A stretch of DNA of 64,000 nt from Fibrobacterota bacterium (GCA_003165595.1 PLWQ01000025.1:107832-171831); one strand, 5' to 3'; positions 43,665 through 53,195 are shown, counted from the first letter of the stretch. Numbers and translations: made by a program. Notes: a model not told the origin generated them from the sequence alone.

Positions 43665-45770
43665 GTGGGATTCATCGTGGATGACTCGCAATTGTCACAA
43701 CACAAAACGGCCGTTCGCGGGCGATTTCACGATGTGCGGCCCGGCCTCTTTGCGCGCGCGGGAAATCGGATCGATCGCCTTTGCAGGCATGTCAATGAAG
43801 ACCATTTGATTGTTTTTGACAAAAGAAGCGTCTTGTTCATAACGGCGCTCTTAGCCCTTTTCGCTGCTGCAGTTGTTTCCAAAATCCATTATTCCTCCAT
43901 TCCCGTCTGGGACAGCATTCTCTCCGAGCGTGCTTCCGGCGCAACCGCGTCACGCGTGCTGTGGGGAACGCCCAAGGTCATACGGATAGACGAATGGCGC
44001 GGCGATACCCCGTTTATCCTTTCGCAGGCTGCACGGCATTTTCCAACGATAAATTATTCTCTTGGTCCAGAAAAGATTCCAGTGCTCATGGGGCTGCCAT
44101 CCAAGCATTTTTCGGCGTTGTTTCAGCCGCAAAACTGGGGCTTTTTCGTTTTGGGCCTCGAAAGAGGGTTTTCCTTTTTCTGGAATTACGGCGTGGCCTC
44201 AATCCTGCTGAGCTCGTTTCTGCTGTTCATGCTCGTGTCGAGAAACAGGTTCTGGTTGTCGGTCTTCGGAACGTTGTTCCTGTTCTTTTCGAGTTTTGTC
44301 CAGTGGTGGTTCTTTGCTTCAACGGGAGCCATGTTCGCGGCATTCAATGTCATCACAATCGCATTCGTCTATCTGGCATCATCAAAAAGACGATTAACGA
44401 TCATGTGCGGCGCAGGAGTCCTGTTCTTCTTTGCCGTGGCATTCGCCCTGTCGCTGTATCCGCCGTTTGTGATACCGCTGGGATTGCTTTCGGCTGCCTG
44501 TTGCATCGGCTACCTGTTGCAGTACTGCGCGTGGAACGATGTGAAGAAGAATCTGGTGATGCGCGCAGTTGCAGGCGTTTGTTGCCTGGTGTGCTTAGCC
44601 GTTTTTGCAATCGTGTTCTACCGTGATCTGCAATCGTCTATTTCGCTTACCATGAATTCCGTGTATCCGGGAAAAAGAATTTCCACGGGCGGAGACTTCG
44701 GCGTTGCCCGGCTGTTTTCCGGGTTCTACGGACTATTCTTTACCGAGAAACGTTTCTTGTGGGGAAACATTTGCGAAAGCAGCAGTTTTGTGATGCTCTA
44801 TCCCTTTGTCGTTGCGGCGGTATTGTGGCGCGCCGTAAAGGGAAAACCGCAACCGCTGCAAATTGCGCTGTCGATATACCTGCTGATTCTTTCTGTTTTT
44901 GTCCTGTTTGGATTCCCCGCGTTTTTATCACGATATACGCTCATGAGTTTTGTTCCCTCGTATCGTGCCATTATCGGGCTGGGTGTGGGGAATATTCTCC
45001 TTGTCGTTGTTTACCTGAGCTCGGCAGGCGAGAAGCCGAAGTTTGCCCCGGCGCGGTCGATGGCGCTGTTTGTGGTGCTGCTTGCGTGCTTGCTTGCGCA
45101 TGGGCTGTATCTTGGTTTTGTGTCAAATCACTTTTTCCAGCCATGGCAAATCTCTGCGGTTTGCGTCTTTTTCTCCTTCGCGGTGTGGTTGCTGTTGAGC
45201 GGAAGGAAAACCGTCTTCTGTTTCATGATACTGGCCGTCGTACTGCCTTCAACGTATTCCGTGCTTCCCGTGTCAAGGGGGTTGGGTTTTATAGTTGACA
45301 AAAAGCTCTATCGCTCCGTCAAGGAAGTCGTTGCAGGAGATCCGCAGGGGAAATGGCTGGTTTTCGGCAGCGGCGTACTCGGGGAATTGGTAACCGCTAC
45401 CGGCGCGCTTGTCGTCAATGGAACAAAATATTGCCCGGACTTTTCCGCGATGCACATCCTTGATCCTTCCGGCCACGGTAACGCAATATACAATAGATTT
45501 GCTCATATCTACGTTGTGCCCTGCAGAGACACGACGATCGTGGATTTCAGGTTGGTGTATGAAGATGCTTATGAGATTGTAATGAGCCCTCTGTCGGGTA
45601 AGGTAAGGGATTTGCATGTAAAGTATCTGCTTGTGCCGAACGATTCAACGTGTTACAATGTTGAAGAAGGAAAAAGCAAAGGCGTTATTCCTCGTGTAGA
45701 CAGGCCGATAGATAATTTCTGGATATTGGAAATTACGGATAAAGCCACGGCCAAACGTCCGGCTTCCTGA
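43665..45770 (+). CDS. uncharacterised polytopic membrane protein with soluble C-terminal domain (GT-C candidate)
   Basis: About 14 hydrophobic segments. 'KVIRIDEWRGDTPFIL' acidic loop after TM1. The start is uncertain: GTG 43665 as in the track, or in-frame TTG 43806 just before TM1. Confidence 0.6.
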   Translation: MGFIVDDSQLSQHKTAVRGRFHDVRPGLFARAGNRIDRLCRHVNEDHLIVFDKRSVLFITALLALFAAAVVSKIHYSSIPVWDSILSERASGATASRVLWGTPKVIRIDEWRGDTPFILSQAARHFPTINYSLGPEKIPVLMGLPSKHFSALFQPQNWGFFVLGLERGFSFFWNYGVASILLSSFLLFMLVSRNRFWLSVFGTLFLFFSSFVQWWFFASTGAMFAAFNVITIAFVYLASSKRRLTIMCGAGVLFFFAVAFALSLYPPFVIPLGLLSAACCIGYLLQYCAWNDVKKNLVMRAVAGVCCLVCLAVFAIVFYRDLQSSISLTMNSVYPGKRISTGGDFGVARLFSGFYGLFFTEKRFLWGNICESSSFVMLYPFVVAAVLWRAVKGKPQPLQIALSIYLLILSVFVLFGFPAFLSRYTLMSFVPSYRAIIGLGVGNILLVVVYLSSAGEKPKFAPARSMALFVVLLACLLAHGLYLGFVSNHFFQPWQISAVCVFFSFAVWLLLSGRKTVFCFMILAVVLPSTYSVLPVSRGLGFIVDKKLYRSVKEVVAGDPQGKWLVFGSGVLGELVTATGALVVNGTKYCPDFSAMHILDPSGHGNAIYNRFAHIYVVPCRDTTIVDFRLVYEDAYEIVMSPLSGKVRDLHVKYLLVPNDSTCYNVEEGKSKGVIPRVDRPIDNFWILEITDKATAKRPAS

Positions 45771-45773
45771 CGA

Positions 45774-47252
45774 TTGGCTCTGATTGCGGAGTGTGGTGTG
45801 GATTCCATCGTTCTCGTAAATCCGCCCATGAGTCTAACCGAGCGATACGGCCGGCTGGCGGCTGCCGGGAGCACAATGCCCCCGCTGGCGCTTTGCTCGC
45901 TTGCCGCCGTGTGCCGCAACAACGGGTTTGCTGTTTCAATCATTGACGCGGCCTGCGGCGAGCTATCGCACGAACAGGTTGTCGACGCGCTGGTTTCCCG
46001 CAAGCCCCGGTATGTCGGCATAACTGCCATGACCTGCGGGATACACAGCGCGGCCAGAATTGCCAATTTGATAAAACGGAAACGTCCGGATATTCTGACC
46101 CTCATCGGCGGCCCCCATGTGACCGCGTTGCCGGCGGAAACGATGAGGATTTTTCCCGAGTTCGATGTGGGATGCATCGGAGAGGGGGAAGAAACGCTTG
46201 TCGATTATATGCGGGCCATGCAAGCCGGCTCTTCTGGTGACAATGTCTCTGGCCTTGTGCATAGAAAGGGCGGCGCAATTTGCCTGTCCGGCGCAAGGCC
46301 GTTTATTGAAGACTTGAATTCTCTTCCGTTCCCAGCCTGGGATCTCCTTGAAGGATTTCCCGACAGATATGTTCCTGCCGCAATTCGATGCAGGAGATTG
46401 CCTGCAAGCCACCTGGTCACGTCGCGCGGCTGTCCCATGAAATGCACGTTCTGCGATCGCTCGGTATTCGGGAACCGGTACCGGCTTTTCAGTGTTGAAT
46501 ATACGTTTGAAATGATAAAGACCTTGGTGAATACGTACAATGTGCGGGACATACTTTTCGAAGACGATAGTTTTACGCTTCACAAAGAAAGGGTGCTTGC
46601 TCTCTGCGAATTGATAGGAAAGAACAATCTGCGGTTCTCTTGGTCGTGCCTCGGACGCGTCGATTCAATAGATGCGACTCTCTTAAAGATCATGAGGCGG
46701 GCGGGTTGCTGGCAAATCGGATTCGGCATCGAAAGCGGAAACGCGGGGATTCTTGACAGTGTGCATAAAAGCATCGATCTCGATCGCATCCGTGAAGCGC
46801 TTGCGGTTACCAGGCGGGCTCGCATACTCACCAAGGGGTTCTTTGTGCTCGGGCTGCCGCACGAAACTCCCGACAGCATAAGGGAAACGATACGATTTGC
46901 CAAAACGGTGGCTCTCAACGACATCAGCGTGTCCTTCTGCACGCCATTTCCCGGCACTGTTCTGGGCGAACACGCGCGTGAGTCGGGCGATGTCGACCCG
47001 GACTGGAACAAGATGAATCTGATGAATGCCGTGTTTGTGCCCAAGGGCTTCACGAAAAAGCAACTGGAAGAATTTCATGCCGCGTTTTTTAGGCAGTTCT
47101 ATTTCCGGCCGGGGATCATTCTGGATTACGTGTTCAGGTGCATTCGGAATCCAGGGTTGCTGTGGCGAATCCTTTGGATTCTGCCGTCGTTCTTCCACCC
47201 GGCATTCCGTAAGGCTGCTCGCTCCCGACCTCTCGTATCCACGCACCGTTAA
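45774..47252 (+). CDS. B12-binding-domain radical SAM enzyme
   Basis: N-terminal cobalamin-binding-like Rossmann region ('YVGITAMTCGIHSAARIANLIKRKRPDILTLIGGPHVTALP'). 'SRGCPMKCTFCD' is a CX3CX2C cluster. TTG start in the track; GTG 45798 is an alternative. Confidence 0.8.
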   Translation: MALIAECGVDSIVLVNPPMSLTERYGRLAAAGSTMPPLALCSLAAVCRNNGFAVSIIDAACGELSHEQVVDALVSRKPRYVGITAMTCGIHSAARIANLIKRKRPDILTLIGGPHVTALPAETMRIFPEFDVGCIGEGEETLVDYMRAMQAGSSGDNVSGLVHRKGGAICLSGARPFIEDLNSLPFPAWDLLEGFPDRYVPAAIRCRRLPASHLVTSRGCPMKCTFCDRSVFGNRYRLFSVEYTFEMIKTLVNTYNVRDILFEDDSFTLHKERVLALCELIGKNNLRFSWSCLGRVDSIDATLLKIMRRAGCWQIGFGIESGNAGILDSVHKSIDLDRIREALAVTRRARILTKGFFVLGLPHETPDSIRETIRFAKTVALNDISVSFCTPFPGTVLGEHARESGDVDPDWNKMNLMNAVFVPKGFTKKQLEEFHAAFFRQFYFRPGIILDYVFRCIRNPGLLWRILWILPSFFHPAFRKAARSRPLVSTHR

Positions 47253-47692
47253 CGAGGCCGGGCCTCTTTTCCGTCGCTCGTTTCTGCTGCGCCGAATACC
47301 GCAGCTTTCATGGCTGCGTAGTTTATGGCGGCAGCCACGGCAGCCACAATAATATTCATGACAAAATAGTGGACATGGAGTTTCTGGACGCCGGTAAACA
47401 ACAGCGCATTTGCAATGGCCAGGATTGCCACCTGCAAAATGATGTAGCGTATGCCTTGTTTGACATGAGCCGTTGTGTAATTCTTGAAAACCAGATATTT
47501 GTTAATGGCATAGGAATACACGTAGGCCACTCCGCCCGCGATGTTGGAAGCGATCAGGTAGTTTACTTTAAATAATTCAACCAGGGCCAGCAACACGCCC
47601 CAGCACAGCACGGCGGTTGAGCAGCCGCCGATTCCGTATCGGACGATTTCCGGCATCGTTTTTTTGAAAGAAAAGTGTTTCGGCAACCGCAT
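47249..47692 (-). CDS. GtrA family membrane protein
   Basis: Four TM segments. 'RYGIGGCSTAVLCWGVLLALVE' and 'IAGGVAYVYSYAINKYLVFKN'. Lies 9 nt downstream of the GT2 gene. Confidence 0.8.
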   Translation of the reverse strand: MRLPKHFSFKKTMPEIVRYGIGGCSTAVLCWGVLLALVELFKVNYLIASNIAGGVAYVYSYAINKYLVFKNYTTAHVKQGIRYIILQVAILAIANALLFTGVQKLHVHYFVMNIIVAAVAAAINYAAMKAAVFGAAETSDGKEARPR

Positions 47693-47701
47693 TACAAGGC
47701 C

Positions 47702-48472
47702 CTATTTTAGGAGTCGGTTGAGAATGGAATATGCTACAAGTAGTTTGAGGTAATTGCAGTAGTGGACGGCAAAAGCAAGCGGGTGCGAACCTCGGTACTT
47801 TTTAGCGGCCAGTAGAGCGCGCGTTGCGGGAAAATTGCGAAAGGAACCGGTCATGGAGCCGCGGCTTACCCGGAAAGAGGCCAGGTATTCCTTGACAACA
47901 TACAGTTTGTGTTGCGATGCGATGCTTAACCATATCGCATACTCGGTCGTTGCATAGATGTCGAAGGGCCCCAGCTCCGACATAAGTGATGTCTTGAAGA
48001 AGACCGCCATGGCGCTTAAATAGCATTCAGTCAAGAGAAGATTGAAGCTGTGATGCCTAAGCAGAAAATTTTTGTACAAGGTAATCCATCGTCGTATTTC
48101 GTTGCCATCGTCATTGATAATCCCGCAATAGCCGGCAACCCAAGCGCAATCGACATGTTCCGAAAATGTCTTGAAGACCTGTTCAAATGCCCCGGGTTTG
48201 AAGCAGTCGTCCGCCGGCAGCATGACAATAATGTCGCCGGTGGCCATCCGACAACCTTTGTTGAAAGCGTCGCCCGTTCCTTTGTCCGGCTCGGAAATCC
48301 ATTTGAGATGCGGGTAGGATTTTAGAATCGAAACGGTGGCGTCAGTGGAGCCGCCATCAACCACGATATGTTCGTACGGTACATTGCCTTGAGCAAGAAC
48401 GCTTTCGATCGCCGTTCGAATATGTTTTTCCCCATTGAGGACAGGCGTAATTATGTTTATTTTATGTGTCAT
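47702..48472 (-). CDS. glycosyltransferase family 2
   Basis: 'INIITPVLNGEKHIRTAIESVLAQ', 'HIVVDGGSTDATVSIL', 'DIIVMLPADDCF'. Confidence 0.85.
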   Translation of the reverse strand: MTHKINIITPVLNGEKHIRTAIESVLAQGNVPYEHIVVDGGSTDATVSILKSYPHLKWISEPDKGTGDAFNKGCRMATGDIIVMLPADDCFKPGAFEQVFKTFSEHVDCAWVAGYCGIINDDGNEIRRWITLYKNFLLRHHSFNLLLTECYLSAMAVFFKTSLMSELGPFDIYATTEYAIWLSIASQHKLYVVKEYLASFRVSRGSMTGSFRNFPATRALLAAKKYRGSHPLAFAVHYCNYLKLLVAYSILNRLLK

Positions 48473-48621
48473 GGGATGATTGTAAATTAAGCTGTGCGCA
48501 CCGGAATACGAATCGGCGATTTTGCATTTGCGAAAAACCTCGCTTTACTCTGCCGGGCAGAAGCGCGTATCCTTGACTTTTCCAGATATAATTGTAGAAT
48601 ACGGGTGAAGGATTTTGGCAC

Positions 48622-49383
48622 ATGAAGAATCTGAGAGAAGCAATAGTAGTAGCTGCTGCAAGCGCTGGAGAGGGCCATATTCCGAGCGCCCTTTCCATTC
48701 TGGATATTTTATGGGTTCTGTACGACAAGGTTTTGAAGATAGATCCTTTGCATCCGACCAAACCGGATCGCGACAGGTTCGTACTCAGCAAGGGGCAGGG
48801 CGCTCTCGGGTTATATGTCGTTCTTGCCGCAAAAGGATTCTTCCAACACAAAGATCTGGACACCTTTGCGACTTTTAACAGCATCCTGGGCGGACATCCG
48901 GATCGGAACAAAATTCCCGGTGTTGAGGCTTCGACCGGTTCGCTGGGCCACGGCTTTCCGATTGCGGTCGGCATGGCTATGGGTTTGCGTGTGCAGCGGT
49001 CTTCCTCCCGCGTGTTTACGCTGATCGGTGACGGGGAGGCGAATGAAGGCAGCGTTTGGGAATCGGCGTTGCTGGCCGCGCACCATAAACTTTCAAATCT
49101 TTGCTGCATTATCGATTACAATCATTCGACGGATCGCGCGTTACTCGTTGGAAACATTGCCGCAAAGTTTGGCGCGTTTGATTGGGAATGCATTTCGGTA
49201 AACGGTCACGATCAAAACGAGTTGCTTGCGGCCTTGACCCGCGAGAGAACGAATCGACCTCTGGCGATTGTTGCCCGTACGGTAAAGGGATTCGGGTGCG
49301 CACGCATGGAAAACAATCCGGAATGGCATCACAAAGCGCCAACCCCAGAACAGCTACCGGCCCTTCTGGAGTCTCTTCGATGA
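48622..49383 (+). CDS. transketolase, N-terminal (ThDP pyrophosphate-binding) subunit
   Basis: 'GHIPSALSILDILWVLY', 'GSLGHGFPIAVGMA', 'IGDGEANEGSVWESALLAAHHKLSNLCCIIDYN'. Confidence 0.85.
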   Translation: MKNLREAIVVAAASAGEGHIPSALSILDILWVLYDKVLKIDPLHPTKPDRDRFVLSKGQGALGLYVVLAAKGFFQHKDLDTFATFNSILGGHPDRNKIPGVEASTGSLGHGFPIAVGMAMGLRVQRSSSRVFTLIGDGEANEGSVWESALLAAHHKLSNLCCIIDYNHSTDRALLVGNIAAKFGAFDWECISVNGHDQNELLAALTRERTNRPLAIVARTVKGFGCARMENNPEWHHKAPTPEQLPALLESLR

Positions 49384-50264
49384 ACATGCGCCAACAGATG
49401 GTATCAACGGTTGAAGGCGTTCTCCGGAGCGATGTCCGCACCATGCTTTTGCTGGGAGACATCGGTGTCTTTGGGTTCAGGAATGCGTTTGAGGCATTTC
49501 CCGAACGCGTGCTCAACATCGGCATTCTCGAACAGGCGACCATCGGCGTTGCGGCAGGGTTATCATTGTGCAACATGATTCCCATTGTTCATAGCATTGC
49601 TCCATTTCTCGTTGAACGCGCTTTCGAACAATTGAAAATTGACTTTGGCTATCAGAAGACCGGCGGCAACTTTATCAGCGTTGGAGCCTCGTACGATTAC
49701 GCAGCATTGGGGTGCACGCATCATTGTCCCGGGGATGTCGGCATTTTAAAAAATTGCCCGGGCATGGAAATTGTTGTTCCGGGCACCGCGTCGGAGTTCG
49801 ATACGCTGTTTCGACGGACGTACGCAAACGGATCGCCCACCTACTATCGCTTGAGCGAACGATCCAATGCAATGAGTTGCGATGTTTCCTTTGGAAAGGC
49901 CACGGTCATACGCAAAGGCGAGGGACTCACCGTTGTTGCGGTTGGACCCCTGCTCGATACGGTTCTTGAAGCCGGTAAGGATCTTGACATAACCATACTC
50001 TATTACACAACAGTAGCGCCCTTTGACGCCCAGACGCTCAAGGATAATGCGGGCTCATCTAAACTATTGTTGTGTGAACCATATTATAGCGGCGTATCGG
50101 CAGCCGACATACAAGCGGCGCTCTTTCCCGCTCCGGTCTCGATTGATTTCGCAGGAATTCCTTTCCGCTTTTTAACGCAATACGGCAGCTGCGCAGAGCA
50201 TGACGAGGCCCTCGGGCTAACGGCCGGCCGAATACGGTCACGCATGCAAAGGATGATGGCATGA
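49380..50264 (+). CDS. transketolase, C-terminal (pyrimidine-binding) subunit
   Basis: ATG 49380 overlaps the previous stop (ATGA). 'LLGDIGVFGF', 'NIGILEQATIGVAAGLSL', 'HCPGDVGILKNCPGMEIVVPG'. Confidence 0.85.
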   Translation: MNMRQQMVSTVEGVLRSDVRTMLLLGDIGVFGFRNAFEAFPERVLNIGILEQATIGVAAGLSLCNMIPIVHSIAPFLVERAFEQLKIDFGYQKTGGNFISVGASYDYAALGCTHHCPGDVGILKNCPGMEIVVPGTASEFDTLFRRTYANGSPTYYRLSERSNAMSCDVSFGKATVIRKGEGLTVVAVGPLLDTVLEAGKDLDITILYYTTVAPFDAQTLKDNAGSSKLLLCEPYYSGVSAADIQAALFPAPVSIDFAGIPFRFLTQYGSCAEHDEALGLTAGRIRSRMQRMMA

Positions 50265-51295
50265 ACCCGCTTCTCGACGCCATTGCCGCTGACGCCCGGG
50301 ACATTGTGTCAAAAATCGATTGTACCGGTTTACGCGGGAAGACCGTGCTCATAACCGGCGCCTCGGGACTAATCGGCGTCAATGTTCTTGCCTGTCTTCG
50401 CGAGTTGGCGCAGACGTTCCGAAACGAATGTTCCGTTGTGGCGACGATGCAAAGCGCGCCAGCCGATTTCATTGAGGCACTGTGCGATTTTCCCGCATGC
50501 ACCGTGATACGGGGAGATTTGACCGATCAATCGTTCTATGAATCCCTGCCTCGTGCGCATATCATCATCCATGCCGCAGGATACGGACAGCCCGCTTTGT
50601 TCACGCAGAATCCGGTTAAGACCCTGCAACTCAACACACAGTCGACATTCGCCCTGTTTTCGAAATTGCTCCCGTCCGGAAGATTCCTGTTTCTAAGCAC
50701 CAGCGAACTGTACAGTGGCTGCACGTCGCCACCGTTCGTCGAATCCCAAATCGGATCAACGGATGTTTCACATCCACGCGCCTGCTATATTGAGGGGAAA
50801 CGGTGCGGAGAGGCTATTGTCAATGCGTACCGGTCGCAAGGCGTAGCGGCAAAATCCGCGCGGCTGTGCCTGGCTTATGGTCCCGGAACTCGACCGGGAG
50901 ACAAACGAGTGCTTAACTCATTTATTCAAAGAGCGCTCGCGGGGCAAATTGACATGCTGGACAGCGGATCGGCCAGGCGAACCTATTGTTACGTAGCTGA
51001 CGCGGTTGAATTGCTTTGGAAAATTCTTCTGTTCGGAACCGATTGCGTCTACAACGTCGGGGGTGAATCCGACGTTACGATTTTGGAACTTGCCCGGAAA
51101 ATCGGCGGCTACCTGCACGTGCCGGTGAATGCGCCGCCAACGCCTCCGTTTTTGACCGATGCCCCACAGGACGTTCGCTTGGACATGTCCAAAACGAACC
51201 GGGAATTCGGAAAAACAGCCGGTGTGCCGTTCGATGTGGGCCTGGCCAGGACAATCGAATGGCAAAAAATATTGTACGGCGAGACTCTGCCATAA
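50261..51295 (+). CDS. NAD-dependent epimerase/dehydratase (UDP-glucuronate-decarboxylase-like extended SDR)
   Basis: ATGA overlap with the previous gene. 'VLITGASGLIGVNV' Rossmann motif. 'RACYIEGKRCGE' (YxxxK). 'KRVLNSFIQRALAG'. Confidence 0.8.
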   Translation: MNPLLDAIAADARDIVSKIDCTGLRGKTVLITGASGLIGVNVLACLRELAQTFRNECSVVATMQSAPADFIEALCDFPACTVIRGDLTDQSFYESLPRAHIIIHAAGYGQPALFTQNPVKTLQLNTQSTFALFSKLLPSGRFLFLSTSELYSGCTSPPFVESQIGSTDVSHPRACYIEGKRCGEAIVNAYRSQGVAAKSARLCLAYGPGTRPGDKRVLNSFIQRALAGQIDMLDSGSARRTYCYVADAVELLWKILLFGTDCVYNVGGESDVTILELARKIGGYLHVPVNAPPTPPFLTDAPQDVRLDMSKTNREFGKTAGVPFDVGLARTIEWQKILYGETLP

Positions 51296-51307
51296 GGGGA
51301 AGAGAAT

Positions 51308-52228
51308 ATGGGAATCACCATGGTTACCGGAGCGAACGGTCTCGTGGGTTATGCGTTGCGGCAAATGCACGAGCCGGATCTCGCCTATGTCTCTCGCGCC
51401 GACGCCGATCTTACGGATTTCAATCAGACGAAGGCGCTGTTCAACCGCGTTCAACCGGACCGCGTCATTCATTGCGCCGCCGAGGTGGGCGGCATCGGCG
51501 GGAATATGATTCATTCCGGCGAATACTTCCGGAATAATATCATGATTAATTTAAACGTTCTCGAATGCGCTCGGTTGGCGGGAGTAAAGAAGCTCATTTC
51601 CTTTATGTCAACATGCGTGTTCCCGGATTCATGCACGTATCCCCTTAATGAAAGGGACTTGCATAACGGACCGCCACATCCTTCAAATTTCGGTTATGCA
51701 TACGCAAAGCGGATGCTTGAAGTGCAGAGCAGTGCCTATAGAAAAGAATGGCAATGCGATTTTATCGTGGCGATTCCGACAAATATCTACGGCCCCAACG
51801 ACAATTGGAGCCTGCACGACGGTCACGTAATTCCCTCGCTTGTTCATCGGTGCTACCTTGCGAAGAAGAACGGCGAAGATCTTACGGTATGGGGCAGTGG
51901 AACTCCTCTGCGCGAATTCGTTTTTGCAAACGATATCGCTCAACTCGCTGCTTGGGCGCTCAACCGATACAGCGAGGATTCTCCTATAATCTTTACGTCG
52001 GGTATCGAAATTTCGATACGGGACGTGGTTGAAAATATCGCAGGCGCGCTTAACTTCAAAGGTTCGCTCATTTTTGATCCGTCAAAGCCCGACGGCCAGT
52101 TCCGCAAGCCCTCCGATCCGACCAAGCTTAAGAAATACCTTCCCGATTTTGAATTCACCGGCATTGAAAAGGGCATAACGAATACCGTTGAGTGGTTTGA
52201 AGCACATTACCCGAACGTGCGGATGTAA
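51308..52228 (+). CDS. fcl: GDP-L-fucose synthase-like 3,5-epimerase/4-reductase
   Basis: 'MVTGANGLVG', 'VIHCAAEVGGI', 'PSNFGYAYAKRMLEVQSSAY' (YxxxK), 'IPTNIYGPNDNW', 'VWGSGTPLREF', 'SKPDGQFRK'. Confidence 0.8.
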   Translation: MGITMVTGANGLVGYALRQMHEPDLAYVSRADADLTDFNQTKALFNRVQPDRVIHCAAEVGGIGGNMIHSGEYFRNNIMINLNVLECARLAGVKKLISFMSTCVFPDSCTYPLNERDLHNGPPHPSNFGYAYAKRMLEVQSSAYRKEWQCDFIVAIPTNIYGPNDNWSLHDGHVIPSLVHRCYLAKKNGEDLTVWGSGTPLREFVFANDIAQLAAWALNRYSEDSPIIFTSGIEISIRDVVENIAGALNFKGSLIFDPSKPDGQFRKPSDPTKLKKYLPDFEFTGIEKGITNTVEWFEAHYPNVRM

Positions 52229-52229
52229 A

Positions 52230-53195
52230 ATGCTGCCGAACGGGAAATTCGAAGACGGCGTGATCAAATCGCTAATCGCGGATGATTTTGAGGTACTTTT
52301 TAGGACCTCCTTGTCGGAATGTATACGAAGAAGAGTGTCCGAATTTGCATTAATGTATCGTGAAGTAACGGATGAGGAATACGAATCCTGTCTGCTGACC
52401 ATACTCCGGGCCATACACGACCCGGCTATTCCAAAAGCCGGTGCGCATCGCCAGGATAATTGGGAAAAGGGGTGGTTGGAAAATTTTCATGCTTGGGAGG
52501 CCACGGCAGGAGGCAAAGGTGCAAAAATTAATGCCATCCTTCCCCGTTATTTCGGCAAATACGGTTTCCTGAGAATCAACAGAACGCTTATCCGGCCCTT
52601 ATCCGATAACTTCGAATACTTTTCCCTGTGCCTCATTACCGATTGGCTCTTTGACGTTTATATGCGAAAAGCCGGATCGATTTACGAATTCGGCTGCGGA
52701 ACGGGATATCATCTGGTCCGCTTGAGAAACTACAATCCCACGGCGTCGCTTTTCGGTCTGGATTGGGCCCCGGCATCGCAAAAAATCATTTCGAGCCTGG
52801 CTTCGCAGGGATATGTGACGAATATGCAAGGACTGCGTTTCGACTATTTCAATCCGGATCAGAACATCCGTCTTGCGGCAGACTCAATTGTCTATACGGT
52901 AGCGTCGCTGGAGCAGTTGGGAAGAGATTTCAACCCGTTCCTGGCATATCTGTTGCGGAACAGACCGAGCCTCTGCGTGCATGTCGAGCCCATAGCGGAG
53001 TTACTTGACAAAAGCAACATCTTGGATTTTTTATCCATTGAATATTTCCAAAAACGTAATTATTTGACGGGATTTCTGGATCGATTGCATGCGCTAAAAG
53101 CGGAAGGGAAAATCGATATTGTCCTGGAACAACGCTCCTTTATCGGCAGTCTTCTCATAGACGGATACTCCATTGTTGTCTGGAAGCCTGTTTAA
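52230..53195 (+). CDS. class I SAM-dependent methyltransferase
   Basis: ATG 52230 lies 1 nt after the fcl stop. SAM motif I 'IYEFGCGTGYHLVRL'. 'LFGLDWA'. Confidence 0.75.
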   Translation: MLPNGKFEDGVIKSLIADDFEVLFRTSLSECIRRRVSEFALMYREVTDEEYESCLLTILRAIHDPAIPKAGAHRQDNWEKGWLENFHAWEATAGGKGAKINAILPRYFGKYGFLRINRTLIRPLSDNFEYFSLCLITDWLFDVYMRKAGSIYEFGCGTGYHLVRLRNYNPTASLFGLDWAPASQKIISSLASQGYVTNMQGLRFDYFNPDQNIRLAADSIVYTVASLEQLGRDFNPFLAYLLRNRPSLCVHVEPIAELLDKSNILDFLSIEYFQKRNYLTGFLDRLHALKAEGKIDIVLEQRSFIGSLLIDGYSIVVWKPV

